A stretch of 64,000 bases of DNA from a virus. Its lineage: Duplodnaviria; Caudoviricetes. Under the pieces are notes generated by a model. That model was not told the DNA's origin, ran no database searches, and was given only the letters and a program-made list of their open reading frames with translations. The stretch is from the IMG/VR virus record IMGVR_UViG_3300021256_000056, positions 131,096 through 195,095 of that record; one strand, 5' to 3'. A program made the translations under genes and the position numbers. Shown piece after piece: positions 47,616-57,179 of the stretch (positions within the stretch are counted from its first letter, which is position 1; every line of letters begins with the position of its first letter).

Positions 47616-49270
47616 TGGCGAACAAGCAATCCACGGACGTATTATCAACAATTGGCGCAATGCAAACACTTGTTGAGAATTTTCCTATGGGCATTACTAC
47701 TGTCCATAATATTAAATCGTATACTTCCACAATGGATTTTCTAATGGATTGCTTCAAAACTGTTGGTGTTACCGACAGTGAAATAATCGAACTTATTCTA
47801 AAGAAGATTACTGGTGTTAATGATTTAAGCGTTGAAGAAACAGAGAACCCAGAAGATATTGATGAGAATAAATTTCAGAACAATAAATTCATCGATGCCT
47901 TAGAGAAAACATTAAAGTTTACTATTGCACAAATTTTAGCCAATATTGTTTCGTGTGACGTATGGCCCCTAGTACCCGAGAATGCAATAAGAGAAGGAAT
48001 CGATATCCCCATTGATTTATTGGATTCTAATAAATTATTTAACACTTGTCCTGTATCACCAGAAGGATTACGCCTATACCAAGGAATTGTTAAGGGTCAA
48101 AAAATTAGCGACCTGGTCAATACAACAGACCTCAATGCGGTTATGTGGTACTGTATAAACATGACAAATATTAAAGGCGTAACCAGCAATAGCGTTGTAT
48201 GGAGCGATAGGAAAAAGCCCACCAGTGGCAACATTTGTACACTCAACAACCGCGGAATGCAAAAAATCAATATCCAAATTGGTGAAAATTATTTAGGAAG
48301 AGCACTCCATACGTTCAATATGAGGTATTTGGATAATATTCAGATATTATCCCCCAAATCTATCCTAATGAATGTTTTATATGAATATGCCTATGGAAGA
48401 CCCAACATTAATGTTGATATGGGATTTAACGATATTTACCAGGAGGCGATGTTCAAAAAAATGATAACCACAATCGTTAGCAATAATGATTTGGGTGTTG
48501 AGGATTGTTATTACACTTTTTCCAATGAAGAATGGTATCGTCTCCTAGAGGAAAGCGAATTGAGGAAATACAATGCTAAAAAAATGGGCGAAAAAAGTAA
48601 TACTGCGGTCCCAATGGATAAAGATAGTATGCTTAAAGCTATGGAAGAAGCGTCAAGCGCATCTTCAATTTACGCGAGAACTAGCGTTATTAATGATGCA
48701 ATCATGGACGCAGCATCAACTAGAACCGTAGAGAACAATGTACTGGTTTCCGAGGGCGGTGTTTCAAGAAACTTCACGTTCGATTTCGCATATAATTCCG
48801 AATGGCTGTATAATATATTATCAACGATAATCACACCAATTATGCGAGCCGTTTTAACCCCCAAGGTGATGGCTCTGGTTATTATTAATTATAATATTGC
48901 TGGTGCGATAAATTTAAGTGAGATTAGTGAAGCGCAATTAGGTGTTATAATTGAGGGTGTACGAAGAAAATTATTGGGAATAATTGCAGCACTCACTAAA
49001 AAGGTTTCCGATTGGATAATCGATATCCTTCTTTCGTTCTTTAATGAGAAAATAATGCCGCTAATCACTAAATATTTAGCAAGCAAGCTACGAGAACAGT
49101 TGGATTACTATTTAGATTTATTAAGACAGGCACTAGAGTGCGTATCATTATTCGGTTGGCCGCAAACACGAATGAGGGGAAACGCTACTACTGGAATTGA
49201 TGATGTTAGGTATGCCGACATTATTGAAGACACAACAGTAAAAAATAACCCACAAAAAACTGACTGCTAA
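47615..49270 (+). CDS. Hypothetical late (probable virion) protein
   Basis: 551-aa ORF in operon with baseplate spike. Confidence 0.7.
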   Translation: MANKQSTDVLSTIGAMQTLVENFPMGITTVHNIKSYTSTMDFLMDCFKTVGVTDSEIIELILKKITGVNDLSVEETENPEDIDENKFQNNKFIDALEKTLKFTIAQILANIVSCDVWPLVPENAIREGIDIPIDLLDSNKLFNTCPVSPEGLRLYQGIVKGQKISDLVNTTDLNAVMWYCINMTNIKGVTSNSVVWSDRKKPTSGNICTLNNRGMQKINIQIGENYLGRALHTFNMRYLDNIQILSPKSILMNVLYEYAYGRPNINVDMGFNDIYQEAMFKKMITTIVSNNDLGVEDCYYTFSNEEWYRLLEESELRKYNAKKMGEKSNTAVPMDKDSMLKAMEEASSASSIYARTSVINDAIMDAASTRTVENNVLVSEGGVSRNFTFDFAYNSEWLYNILSTIITPIMRAVLTPKVMALVIINYNIAGAINLSEISEAQLGVIIEGVRRKLLGIIAALTKKVSDWIIDILLSFFNEKIMPLITKYLASKLREQLDYYLDLLRQALECVSLFGWPQTRMRGNATTGIDDVRYADIIEDTTVKNNPQKTDC

Positions 49271-49669
49271 ATGAGTACATTATCATCAGTTATAGACTCT
49301 ATTAAAAACAGTGTGAGCTCAGGAAAGTTTAAACCAATGAAACTTTTGCCTGCAGCACTACTTTTATCTACAGAATTGAAAAGACCAGGCCTTTCAGCCA
49401 TGGATATCACTGCTGAGTATATTCGTTTAAATGGTGAACTCGGAATCCCAACTGGTTCAAATCCCGATGGAACCCCCAATTTAATCAATGCATCTGCTTA
49501 TGCCCTAATATCCTCAATGGTGAAGGGAATTAAAATGAATGGGTCCGTAAGCTTCGCACTGCCCCCTGGCAGCATAACATTTACTGGTTTTGGCGCAAAC
49601 GCTGGTGGCCCAGTAACAATAAAAGGATTCAACGACGGAATCGTAAGAGGACAAGGAATACCAGGATAA
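49271..49669 (+). CDS. Hypothetical probable virion protein
   Basis: Gly-rich C-terminus GANAGGPV; spike operon. Confidence 0.65.
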   Translation: MSTLSSVIDSIKNSVSSGKFKPMKLLPAALLLSTELKRPGLSAMDITAEYIRLNGELGIPTGSNPDGTPNLINASAYALISSMVKGIKMNGSVSFALPPGSITFTGFGANAGGPVTIKGFNDGIVRGQGIPG

Positions 49670-49670
49670 T

Positions 49671-49847
49671 ATGGAAGATTTAAGAAATTTAAGTAATAGC
49701 GAGCTTCGCGTATATCAAGAAACTTTAAAAAACGAATACGAAGCAATAAAAAATGAAATAAATGCCAAATTTAAAAAACTCGACGAAATGGACGCCGAGT
49801 ACAATAAAATTGAGGCAGAATTAAATAGGAGAAAGAATAGGATATAA
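49671..49847 (+). CDS. 58-aa coiled-coil protein (absent from ORF track)
   Basis: ATG 49671 to TAA 49847, MEDLRNLSNSELRVYQETLKNEYEAIK..., fills the operon gap exactly. Confidence 0.75.
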   Translation: MEDLRNLSNSELRVYQETLKNEYEAIKNEINAKFKKLDEMDAEYNKIEAELNRRKNRI

Positions 49848-49849
49848 AC

Positions 49850-50722
49850 ATGACAAACGAAATTCAAACTTTCAGATTCTGCGAAGTTGAAAGCATCGAT
49901 GACCCAACCGATTGCAATCGTATAAAAGTACGATTACAACCAGAGGACGGAAACGTCCCGCTGGAAAAACTTCCATATGCTATACCCTTACTCCCACAAA
50001 TTTTTCATGTGAAGCCCAAAGTCCACGAAGCTGTATTGATTATAACCGCCATAGCAAACAACGGCTACAGTCAAAGATATTACATAGGCCCAGTTATCTC
50101 TCAAATCAATCATTTACCCTACGAGCCAATAGAAGATGTCGAAAAAGAACAATTAGGGTCTGACAGGAAGTTGGATGCCGCCATAACTATGGACGTTGAT
50201 AAAACAAGCGGAACGCTTCCTAAAGATGAAGATATTGCGGTTAACGGTAGAAAATATAGTGACATCATTCTTACTGATGACGATTTAAGAATTAGATGTG
50301 GAGTTAAGAATATTAATACGGTTGATGAACGCGACTTTTCCTTCAATGGAACAACGTCTTCTTATATTAAACTAAAATATTATCCAGAGGGCCTGGACGG
50401 TGTTGATAGATGCCATAGCACCGCAACAATCATAGCCGATAAAATTAATTTAATTGGTAATAATTCATCCTATGGGGCGTATAAACCAACAACGACACCC
50501 GATGAACTTATTAGTGATGAGGAAATGACAAAAATGATTAATACTGCCCACAATTTGCCATATGGCGACTTGCTTGTTAATTTTTTAATACTTTTCAGAC
50601 GAGCATTTTTAAATCACACACACCCATTCCCGATGTTGCCCCCATGTTCAGTGAATGTTTACAAAGCGGTGAAGAACTACGATTTAAACAAAATACTTTC
50701 TGATAGTGTAAGAATAAGTTAA
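49850..50722 (+). CDS. Baseplate central spike (gp5/gpV-like OB-fold)
   Basis: VESIDDP...RIKVRL...LPYAIPLLP...PKV.EAVLI; C-terminal NHTHPF. Confidence 0.72.
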   Translation: MTNEIQTFRFCEVESIDDPTDCNRIKVRLQPEDGNVPLEKLPYAIPLLPQIFHVKPKVHEAVLIITAIANNGYSQRYYIGPVISQINHLPYEPIEDVEKEQLGSDRKLDAAITMDVDKTSGTLPKDEDIAVNGRKYSDIILTDDDLRIRCGVKNINTVDERDFSFNGTTSSYIKLKYYPEGLDGVDRCHSTATIIADKINLIGNNSSYGAYKPTTTPDELISDEEMTKMINTAHNLPYGDLLVNFLILFRRAFLNHTHPFPMLPPCSVNVYKAVKNYDLNKILSDSVRIS

Positions 50723-50746
50723 GGATTGACATTAAGCCAATCCTTA
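50720..50746 (+). terminator. Intrinsic terminator
   Basis: taaggattg...caatcctta inverted repeat at the stop codon. Confidence 0.55.
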
Positions 50747-50853
50747 TTTATTTTCTATTACGAAGAAAAATTTATTCCCTACAATATTTTATTTGTTGAT
50801 AATAAGTATCCCATCTTTTAGATGAGCAATACTTCTCAAAAGTATATTTATGT

Positions 50854-52413
50854 TTAGGCATATCTTTCTGTTACATTATTCCGAATATTAAAATGAAGCA
50901 CATCCTCGTAAAACATCTCCTCTCTACCCTCCAACACCTTTATGTCTACGTAATATTTGCCAGGGACCAAATCTTGAGCATATAGAATGAAATAGTTATG
51001 TAAAAATGAATGCTCAATTGGCTGATATCCATTAAGGATATCTATTTGCTGATTTCCATTTTTAACATAAAGCCTATAAAATGATTTATTTGTTGTTGCT
51101 CTTTCATTTGTCGTATATTTTTTTCTAAAATCAACAACAATTTCTCTTACATCCTCTTGACTCACATTTTCATCATCATTAATTCCATAGACACTGGGGA
51201 CAATATGAGGTACTTTAATCGAGCCGCTAGAAACATTGAAATGTTTAGCGCTGGGTAATACCACGACTTCCATCTCAGTTTCCCCCAAGTCCTGTCCCTG
51301 GTATTTCAAATTCCTCCAGACATCATATAAAATTTGGTTATCCTTCGCGATTAGTGAGACGTTTGCACAATAAACACCCTTAGTAACTTGGCAAACCCCG
51401 TAAACTCCATTTCCGATTTCACAGACTGGAATTTCGTCGAGATTAATTGGTTCTCCCTCTATGCTACTATACAAATATAGTTTATTGGATTTACCAGAAA
51501 AAAATGTTTCCCTATCATCAAAAATATATTCTTTATAGTCAACTTCAAGATATGGATGGAAGAATGTGTTTGTGTGGTCGGTGAAAAATCCGACATACTG
51601 TTGCTCTATTTCTGGAATTGTTTTTTTATACAAGGTTTCCCCAGAAGCATCTACCAAATAAAAATAATCTGGAACTGTAATATCTTTAGTTGATGGCATT
51701 TCGGTATAAGTCTCGGCAGTAACACCCTCAGGAAGTTTCGTAACCTCTATAAACTTAGCACCACCATTTAAAACTTCTAAAACAGGAGTAAAACATAAAA
51801 GTAGTCCAGTATTACTTTCACCGTTTAATACAGAGTTGACATATGCCGTTATATCTACGTCCAAATTTTCATCCCCGAAATCAAAGTGCTGACGGGCAAC
51901 AACCAAAGACTCTTCGCCTGCAGAAAATTTATCATACTCCCATTTTATTGTTTCTGGCGAATACACCCCAGGTTCTGGCCAATCTTTACCATTTGATGAT
52001 TGAAACCAATTCACCCCCGACATCGAAAATGAACGCCTATCGCCAATCCAAGTATCATCAATGAATTCATATCCCCTACCTTCATCAAAAGTCTGGGGGA
52101 GCTTCATCACTAATATATCGAACGAAGAAGCCCTACTCTTGACGCCGCTTGTATTACCGTAGAAAAGTTTTTTTTCATACGGAACACCATTAATTGATGT
52201 ACAATTCGTCATTTTAAGACGGTATTCAACTTTATCCGATTGAGCGATGGTTTTATCTTCAACCATTGTTTTAATTTGCTCCTCACTAAAATGAAGAACA
52301 ATTCTGGTCACTGCATCTCCGTAGTTAAGTTCGACCACAGGATTTAAACCCGTATTGGTCTCAGAATTCTTTATAATTGTCGCAGTTTTATCTAAAAAAA
52401 TATGTCTAATCAT
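50854..52413 (-). CDS. Probable beta-rich virion structural protein
   Basis: NTGLNPVVELNYG, QHFDFGDENL..DIT..V, FFT.HTNTFF.PYLE; late promoter. Confidence 0.55.
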   Translation of the reverse strand: MIRHIFLDKTATIIKNSETNTGLNPVVELNYGDAVTRIVLHFSEEQIKTMVEDKTIAQSDKVEYRLKMTNCTSINGVPYEKKLFYGNTSGVKSRASSFDILVMKLPQTFDEGRGYEFIDDTWIGDRRSFSMSGVNWFQSSNGKDWPEPGVYSPETIKWEYDKFSAGEESLVVARQHFDFGDENLDVDITAYVNSVLNGESNTGLLLCFTPVLEVLNGGAKFIEVTKLPEGVTAETYTEMPSTKDITVPDYFYLVDASGETLYKKTIPEIEQQYVGFFTDHTNTFFHPYLEVDYKEYIFDDRETFFSGKSNKLYLYSSIEGEPINLDEIPVCEIGNGVYGVCQVTKGVYCANVSLIAKDNQILYDVWRNLKYQGQDLGETEMEVVVLPSAKHFNVSSGSIKVPHIVPSVYGINDDENVSQEDVREIVVDFRKKYTTNERATTNKSFYRLYVKNGNQQIDILNGYQPIEHSFLHNYFILYAQDLVPGKYYVDIKVLEGREEMFYEDVLHFNIRNNVTERYA

Positions 52414-52426
52414 ATCTGAGTTTTAA

Positions 52427-52876
52427 CTATAAATAGTTGGCGCCTTTAGTTTTGGTGCACTTAAACCCGTGTTTTTCGATTACATTGTTAAATATGCGAC
52501 ACAAATAAGAACACGCCTCTGAAAATTCATCAGATATTTCAGTAAAAGACTTATTTTCGATTATTTTACCCTTTGACGGTCTGAAATAAAGCTGGATAGC
52601 ATAATGAACTTTACGCTTTGGGGAAATTCTGGCAACTGGAGCCTCTGTTACCATTAGGAAATCATCATTGATTATTGAACCTTTGCGAAGCAGGTCCTTA
52701 GTTGAAAGCTTCAAGTCTTTATCAAGTGATGTAATATCCTTATCATATCGGTCAGATTCAAATGTGGGTGAAAGATATGTAGAAACAAAAAGATACATGG
52801 TTTTAGGATTTTTCTTATCCATTGTCCCCAATTTAGCTTTAAAAGTTTCCGATTTAACGCTTTTTTCTGATGTCAT
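52427..52876 (-). CDS. Hypothetical protein
   Basis: 149-aa ORF. Confidence 0.7.
   Translation of the reverse strand: MTSEKSVKSETFKAKLGTMDKKNPKTMYLFVSTYLSPTFESDRYDKDITSLDKDLKLSTKDLLRKGSIINDDFLMVTEAPVARISPKRKVHYAIQLYFRPSKGKIIENKSFTEISDEFSEACSYLCRIFNNVIEKHGFKCTKTKGANYL
52429..52437 (-). promoter_or_regulatory. Putative late promoter embedded in last codons of upstream gene
   Basis: AAC TAT TTA TAG (NYL*) contains ACTATTTAT. Confidence 0.7.
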
Positions 52877-52937
52877 AGTTTTACTGTTTATTAAAAAAAT
52901 AGAGAAATTTTTTAAAAAGTCAAATTGAGGTTATTGT

Positions 52938-52946
52938 ACTATTTAT
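52938..52946 (+). promoter_or_regulatory. Putative late promoter ACTATTTAT
   Basis: Exact motif 6 nt before ATG 52953. Confidence 0.7.
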
Positions 52947-52952
52947 ATATAA

Positions 52953-53318
52953 ATGGTACAAGAATTTTACATAAATACAGCGGCAACTCTACCCCTTCTA
53001 AGGATGGAGTTAATTAGCGACGGCAGAAATGACTATGATAATTTTTATGATGCAGTCAAAGATGCTGATATAACCTTCTCAATGAAAGATACCGAAACTG
53101 GTATTCTAAAAGTATCCGAAGCCGAGGTCGTTCCAGTCCTTGCAGAAGACACGGGCTGTGAAGAAAAATATATTCTTGAATATAGGTGGAACGAAAGAGA
53201 TACCAGAAAACCAGGCATATATAAAGGCTGGTTCACCATTAATTTCAGGGGTGATATTGGAGAAGCAGGAAAACTCGTCGTCCCAATACAAGAGGACTTA
53301 ATAATTTATATAAAATAA
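52953..53318 (+). CDS. BppU-N-like small virion protein
   Basis: FYI...TLP.L.MEL...YRW...DT..PG.Y.G.FTI. Confidence 0.55.
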   Translation: MVQEFYINTAATLPLLRMELISDGRNDYDNFYDAVKDADITFSMKDTETGILKVSEAEVVPVLAEDTGCEEKYILEYRWNERDTRKPGIYKGWFTINFRGDIGEAGKLVVPIQEDLIIYIK

Positions 53319-53344
53319 AACCTCAGCCAAAAGCTGAGGTTTTT
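53317..53344. terminator. Bidirectional intrinsic terminator
   Basis: aaaacctcagc-caaaa-gctgaggtttt between convergent genes. Confidence 0.8.
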
Positions 53345-53346
53345 TC

Positions 53347-54012
53347 CTAGAAGCCCAAAATTTCTTTAGCTTCACTTTTAGTTTTTTTGTCTTGGGGTAC
53401 CGATACAGTCACATTACTCCATTTCCCAAGCGTCGTGTCTTTTGGTACCAATATATCAATTTTGTGTTGTCCAGCAAAACGTTTATTCATGGTATCTTCA
53501 ATTCTCCAAAGACCATCCCATTTACCTGCCCCCTCAATTTTGACAACATCACCATATTTTAAGCCAAACTCCTTCATCATCGTTCTTTCCATTGCTATGA
53601 TTCTATGGGAAAGAACATCATTGAGATTGAGTTTAAACATTGATGCAGTATGTATAACGTCTTTGTTACATTGAGCGGGAACTGCATTATATACGGTTGC
53701 TAAAACGTCATTTGCAATAGGTGTCCACTTACCTGGAGGATTAGCCAGGTTCTCTTCCCTTGTTTTTTCGGGCTCTTGAGCAACCTCTTCCGTCTGCGCA
53801 GCCTGCTGCAGTAATTGTTTTTGTGCATTATTAAGGTTGAATGATAAAACAATATTTGCTATCAAACTTGCGGTAAGAAGCCCCTTCTTACCCAAATCCT
53901 TAACATTTGCCAAAATTTCATTAAAGGACATCCCTTTATGAAAGAAGCTTTCCATGATAACCTCTTCTCTTAGTAGTGTCCTCATTTGATTTTCTGTTAA
54001 AACGACTTTCAT
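53347..54012 (-). CDS. 3D-domain (MltA-like) peptidoglycan hydrolase with N-terminal leader
   Basis: ATVYN...TAS...IIA...YGDVVKIEG...IEDTM...KIDIL; MKVVLTENQMRTLLRE leader. Confidence 0.78.
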   Translation of the reverse strand: MKVVLTENQMRTLLREEVIMESFFHKGMSFNEILANVKDLGKKGLLTASLIANIVLSFNLNNAQKQLLQQAAQTEEVAQEPEKTREENLANPPGKWTPIANDVLATVYNAVPAQCNKDVIHTASMFKLNLNDVLSHRIIAMERTMMKEFGLKYGDVVKIEGAGKWDGLWRIEDTMNKRFAGQHKIDILVPKDTTLGKWSNVTVSVPQDKKTKSEAKEILGF

Positions 54013-54022
54013 TTCTTTTTTT

Positions 54023-54955
54023 TTACTCCATTGAATTAGTCATTTCAAATAAATTAAAAACATCTGTATTAACAGTCTCTGGGTCAAATCTTTTACGCTC
54101 TACTTTTTCAAGAATAACGTTCATACGGTCAACAGACATGGCATCTCCGCCATTCTTGAAGGCGTCTCGCCTCTCACATAATTTTGCCATGCAATTTTTC
54201 TTGTATTTATTAAAAACAACTTCTTTATCACTATTTTCCATGAGTTCTTTTACTAAAAGTTGCTCATTCTCAGAAAGTTCAACTCCATATTTTTTATTAA
54301 AATCGTCTATGGATTTATCAATATCAATGGTTTGGGGGGCACTAGACGAAACGTTTGAGCCATGTTGCTTTATATGTTCCTTAATTACATCACAGGACGT
54401 CGTGTATTCCAACAGTGTTTTAGGTGTTTTTTTATTAAGGCAAACATATTCAACCGCTTCATTAAGTTTGTTAAGGTCACTTGAAAGTCCAGCGTTTAAA
54501 GCGTCAGCCCTATCTTTTCCTAAATTAATACAGGCTTCTCCAAGAATAGAACCCAATTTTTGAGTAGCAGACAAGTAATCTTTCTTACTAATCCTACCAA
54601 TCATGGAAATAGCCTCGTTTATGTATGCCGTTGCATCAATATCACCACTCGCCTTTCTAATGCATTCATATAAGACATGCATCTTTTTAATATCTTCACT
54701 TTCTTTTATAGCGGTAATATATTTACCAATGATTACACGGCCCTCTTTTGTTTTAAAGAGCTCGGGAGCGAAATTCTCAAAAGATTCCTTAATGTAGCCA
54801 AACTTTTTTCCTTTCATTTCCTTGGCTAACTCCAAAGTTTCCACAACCTTTTTCTGCTTCTCATAATCCTTATTGAAATTTTCTTTCAATAAGTTTAAAG
54901 TTACGAGGTCTTTAACCTTGGTTATATCATTATAATTAACTATTTTTTCAGACAT
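54023..54955 (-). CDS. Putative prohead core/scaffold-like protein
   Basis: Helical, many [LI]xE sites (LLKE, YIKE, AIKE, YINE, KLNE, LME); downstream of portal. Confidence 0.45.
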   Translation of the reverse strand: MSEKIVNYNDITKVKDLVTLNLLKENFNKDYEKQKKVVETLELAKEMKGKKFGYIKESFENFAPELFKTKEGRVIIGKYITAIKESEDIKKMHVLYECIRKASGDIDATAYINEAISMIGRISKKDYLSATQKLGSILGEACINLGKDRADALNAGLSSDLNKLNEAVEYVCLNKKTPKTLLEYTTSCDVIKEHIKQHGSNVSSSAPQTIDIDKSIDDFNKKYGVELSENEQLLVKELMENSDKEVVFNKYKKNCMAKLCERRDAFKNGGDAMSVDRMNVILEKVERKRFDPETVNTDVFNLFEMTNSME

Positions 54956-54972
54956 TGTTTAATACTTTCTTT

Positions 54973-54981
54973 ATAAATAGT
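54973..54981 (-). promoter_or_regulatory. Putative late promoter ACTATTTAT
   Basis: ATAAATAGT upstream of ATG 54955. Confidence 0.75.
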
Positions 54982-57060
54982 TTATTCGTCGTCAAAAACT
55001 GACACATCCTCAGTTATCTGTCCCGTGCCCTCATCATCTTTGAAAATCTCGTCAAATTTAACACTCAACTCTTCCAATGTGGCTATAGACTTTTTGAGCT
55101 GCTCGCTTATTGATGCACTTTTACCGACATAATCAACCACTTCGGGTTCTCCGCTATTACGCTTCGCAACTTCATTCAACATGTCAAAATATTGGGCCGC
55201 AATTGTCTTTGGCTGTGAATTTTTGCTTTCGCGAATTCCTGCAAATCGAGACAATGTTTCTTGAAGAACATTACCAGAATCAACGGCAGGAGCATTACTC
55301 ATTGGGGCTGCCGCAGATTCGCCGCCAATTGAAGAGGATGTATCTTCCCCAGGTGCACCAAGAGAGTCCATATGAAGAGAACTTCCTACACCTTCTCCAC
55401 CCCCAAAGCCCCCACCGCCTGGGCCACCAGGGCCACCCTGTTGCTGCTGCTGCCCCATTTGTGGCTTATTCATTGCGTCGGGGTCACCATAAATTCTATC
55501 AACAGGGTCAAAGATACCAGTTTTCTTGATAACACTAGCGGTGTTAGCCAACTCAGCGGCCATAGCCGATTCGAGTCGTATCTCATTAAACATATCTTTT
55601 ATGTCACTATCATTCATCTTCATAATTTCCTTAAGAATTCTGTGTAGCGACATCAATGGAATACCATTTGCCAATGGCTGTGCAGCCGCTAAGGCAACTT
55701 GCACTCTTTTAGATGTATCCTCAAGCTCAAGTGTTTCAATCTGCGCAGAGGGATTGTTCATTCCTAAAGTAAAGTTTGTGATATCATCTTCAAATCCAAG
55801 TAAATAAAGATGTATCATTGCAATCTTATTCAACTCAAGAAGAAGGTACTGTTGTATTTTATTTACCATTCTGCAGAACCGAATATCTAGGAGTGAAAGA
55901 TTTTGGCCCCTGCCCTGTGGCTCCTGGAAGTTAAGATATGTTTTAGGCACACGCAACGCAGCGAAAATCTTGTTTTCCATGTGCTGTATATCTTCCATAC
56001 TGTCGGTGTTATGTGCAGCTTGAAGGGTTTCAATAGGATTAGGGGCATCCTCTCTACGTACAGGGATAAAATAATCCGTAGAAACATCCATGAAATTCTT
56101 CCTTAGGTCAACTTGTCCAGTGAGAGGGTCAATTATTGGAGTTCTCTTGAAATTATTAGCGACATCCTGTATGAAGGCAGGCACGTCCGCATCGTCAATT
56201 GCTCCAACATAAATTTTAAACACACGTCGCTCAATACTCTTATCCAAACGATAAATAAGCATTGCATCCTCCATCATTGAAAGCATTCTCCATGCCCTAC
56301 GGGCCTTATGTAAAATACTTGTTCCATATGGAAGGAAGAAAGAATCGGCAAGCATTCTAAAATGTGCTACCTGCCAATTATAGAATGGTGTATTATTGTT
56401 ATGCCCAACCCACACGAATTTTGTTTCGTCGTTAGTTAAAACGTTAGTTTGAGTTGTAACAGCAACAGATGCTCCTGCGGCTCCGCCATAACCATTTTCC
56501 AGTCGGTCCATCTCGTATGGGCTAATCCTTCTCCAACCAAGTATTCCGTGCTCCTTATTGAGGTTGAGGAACATGTAGTCATTACCATATTTACACATAC
56601 CACGGCAAACCATAGGTAAATCTACATTAACGTGGAGTCTATTATAGAACAAATCTTCGAGAACAGCCTTAATTCGTGGCGATTTGGAATAAACTTTAAG
56701 CATTTTGCCATCAGACGCAATATTACATGCTTCCTCAGCATATATATCAAGTGCAGCGCCAATCTCAGGCATAGTTTCCATCAAATCAGCATCTCTAAGC
56801 ATGAGCTTTACTGCGGTGTATCCCGCAAGACTCTCCATTGCATTATCGGCACCAACCTTCAACCACTGATATGAAAGCAACTTTTGCTGCCTCAATTCAG
56901 CAAGCTTAGCCTCATAATCAGCCTTATTATTTGTTGAATATAATACTCTATTTGGTGTTACAAAACCACTAGTGTTATCTGGGGTGAAAATTTCAGGCAC
57001 ACTTGCACCGTTAACAACCCTTCCTAGGTTTTGAAAAACCGTTTTTCCATTACTAGCCAT
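54982..57060 (-). CDS. Portal protein (T4 gp20-like)
   Basis: PEIGAALDIYAEE, PYGTSILHKARR.W..L.MMEDAMLIYR...ERRVF.I.VG, DYFIPVR, ALRVPK.YL, DIRF. Confidence 0.93.
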   Translation of the reverse strand: MASNGKTVFQNLGRVVNGASVPEIFTPDNTSGFVTPNRVLYSTNNKADYEAKLAELRQQKLLSYQWLKVGADNAMESLAGYTAVKLMLRDADLMETMPEIGAALDIYAEEACNIASDGKMLKVYSKSPRIKAVLEDLFYNRLHVNVDLPMVCRGMCKYGNDYMFLNLNKEHGILGWRRISPYEMDRLENGYGGAAGASVAVTTQTNVLTNDETKFVWVGHNNNTPFYNWQVAHFRMLADSFFLPYGTSILHKARRAWRMLSMMEDAMLIYRLDKSIERRVFKIYVGAIDDADVPAFIQDVANNFKRTPIIDPLTGQVDLRKNFMDVSTDYFIPVRREDAPNPIETLQAAHNTDSMEDIQHMENKIFAALRVPKTYLNFQEPQGRGQNLSLLDIRFCRMVNKIQQYLLLELNKIAMIHLYLLGFEDDITNFTLGMNNPSAQIETLELEDTSKRVQVALAAAQPLANGIPLMSLHRILKEIMKMNDSDIKDMFNEIRLESAMAAELANTASVIKKTGIFDPVDRIYGDPDAMNKPQMGQQQQQGGPGGPGGGGFGGGEGVGSSLHMDSLGAPGEDTSSSIGGESAAAPMSNAPAVDSGNVLQETLSRFAGIRESKNSQPKTIAAQYFDMLNEVAKRNSGEPEVVDYVGKSASISEQLKKSIATLEELSVKFDEIFKDDEGTGQITEDVSVFDDE

Positions 57061-57081
57061 TACATTTTTAGTTTATATCTT

Positions 57082-57090
57082 ATAAATAGT
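57082..57090 (-). promoter_or_regulatory. Putative late promoter ACTATTTAT
   Basis: ATAAATAGT upstream of portal ATG. Confidence 0.8.
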
Positions 57091-57143
57091 TAGAAATACC
57101 ATTTCTCTAAAATATAGCCGCTTAGGCTTCCACAATCAAGATA

Positions 57144-57175
57144 TTTGGTTTTCATTAATTTTATTCATATTTTTG
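57144..57175 (+). promoter_or_regulatory. Host-type Bacteroidota promoter
   Basis: TTTG-N20-TATTTTTG, ending 4 nt before ATG 57180. Confidence 0.7.
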
Positions 57176-57179
57176 AAAT

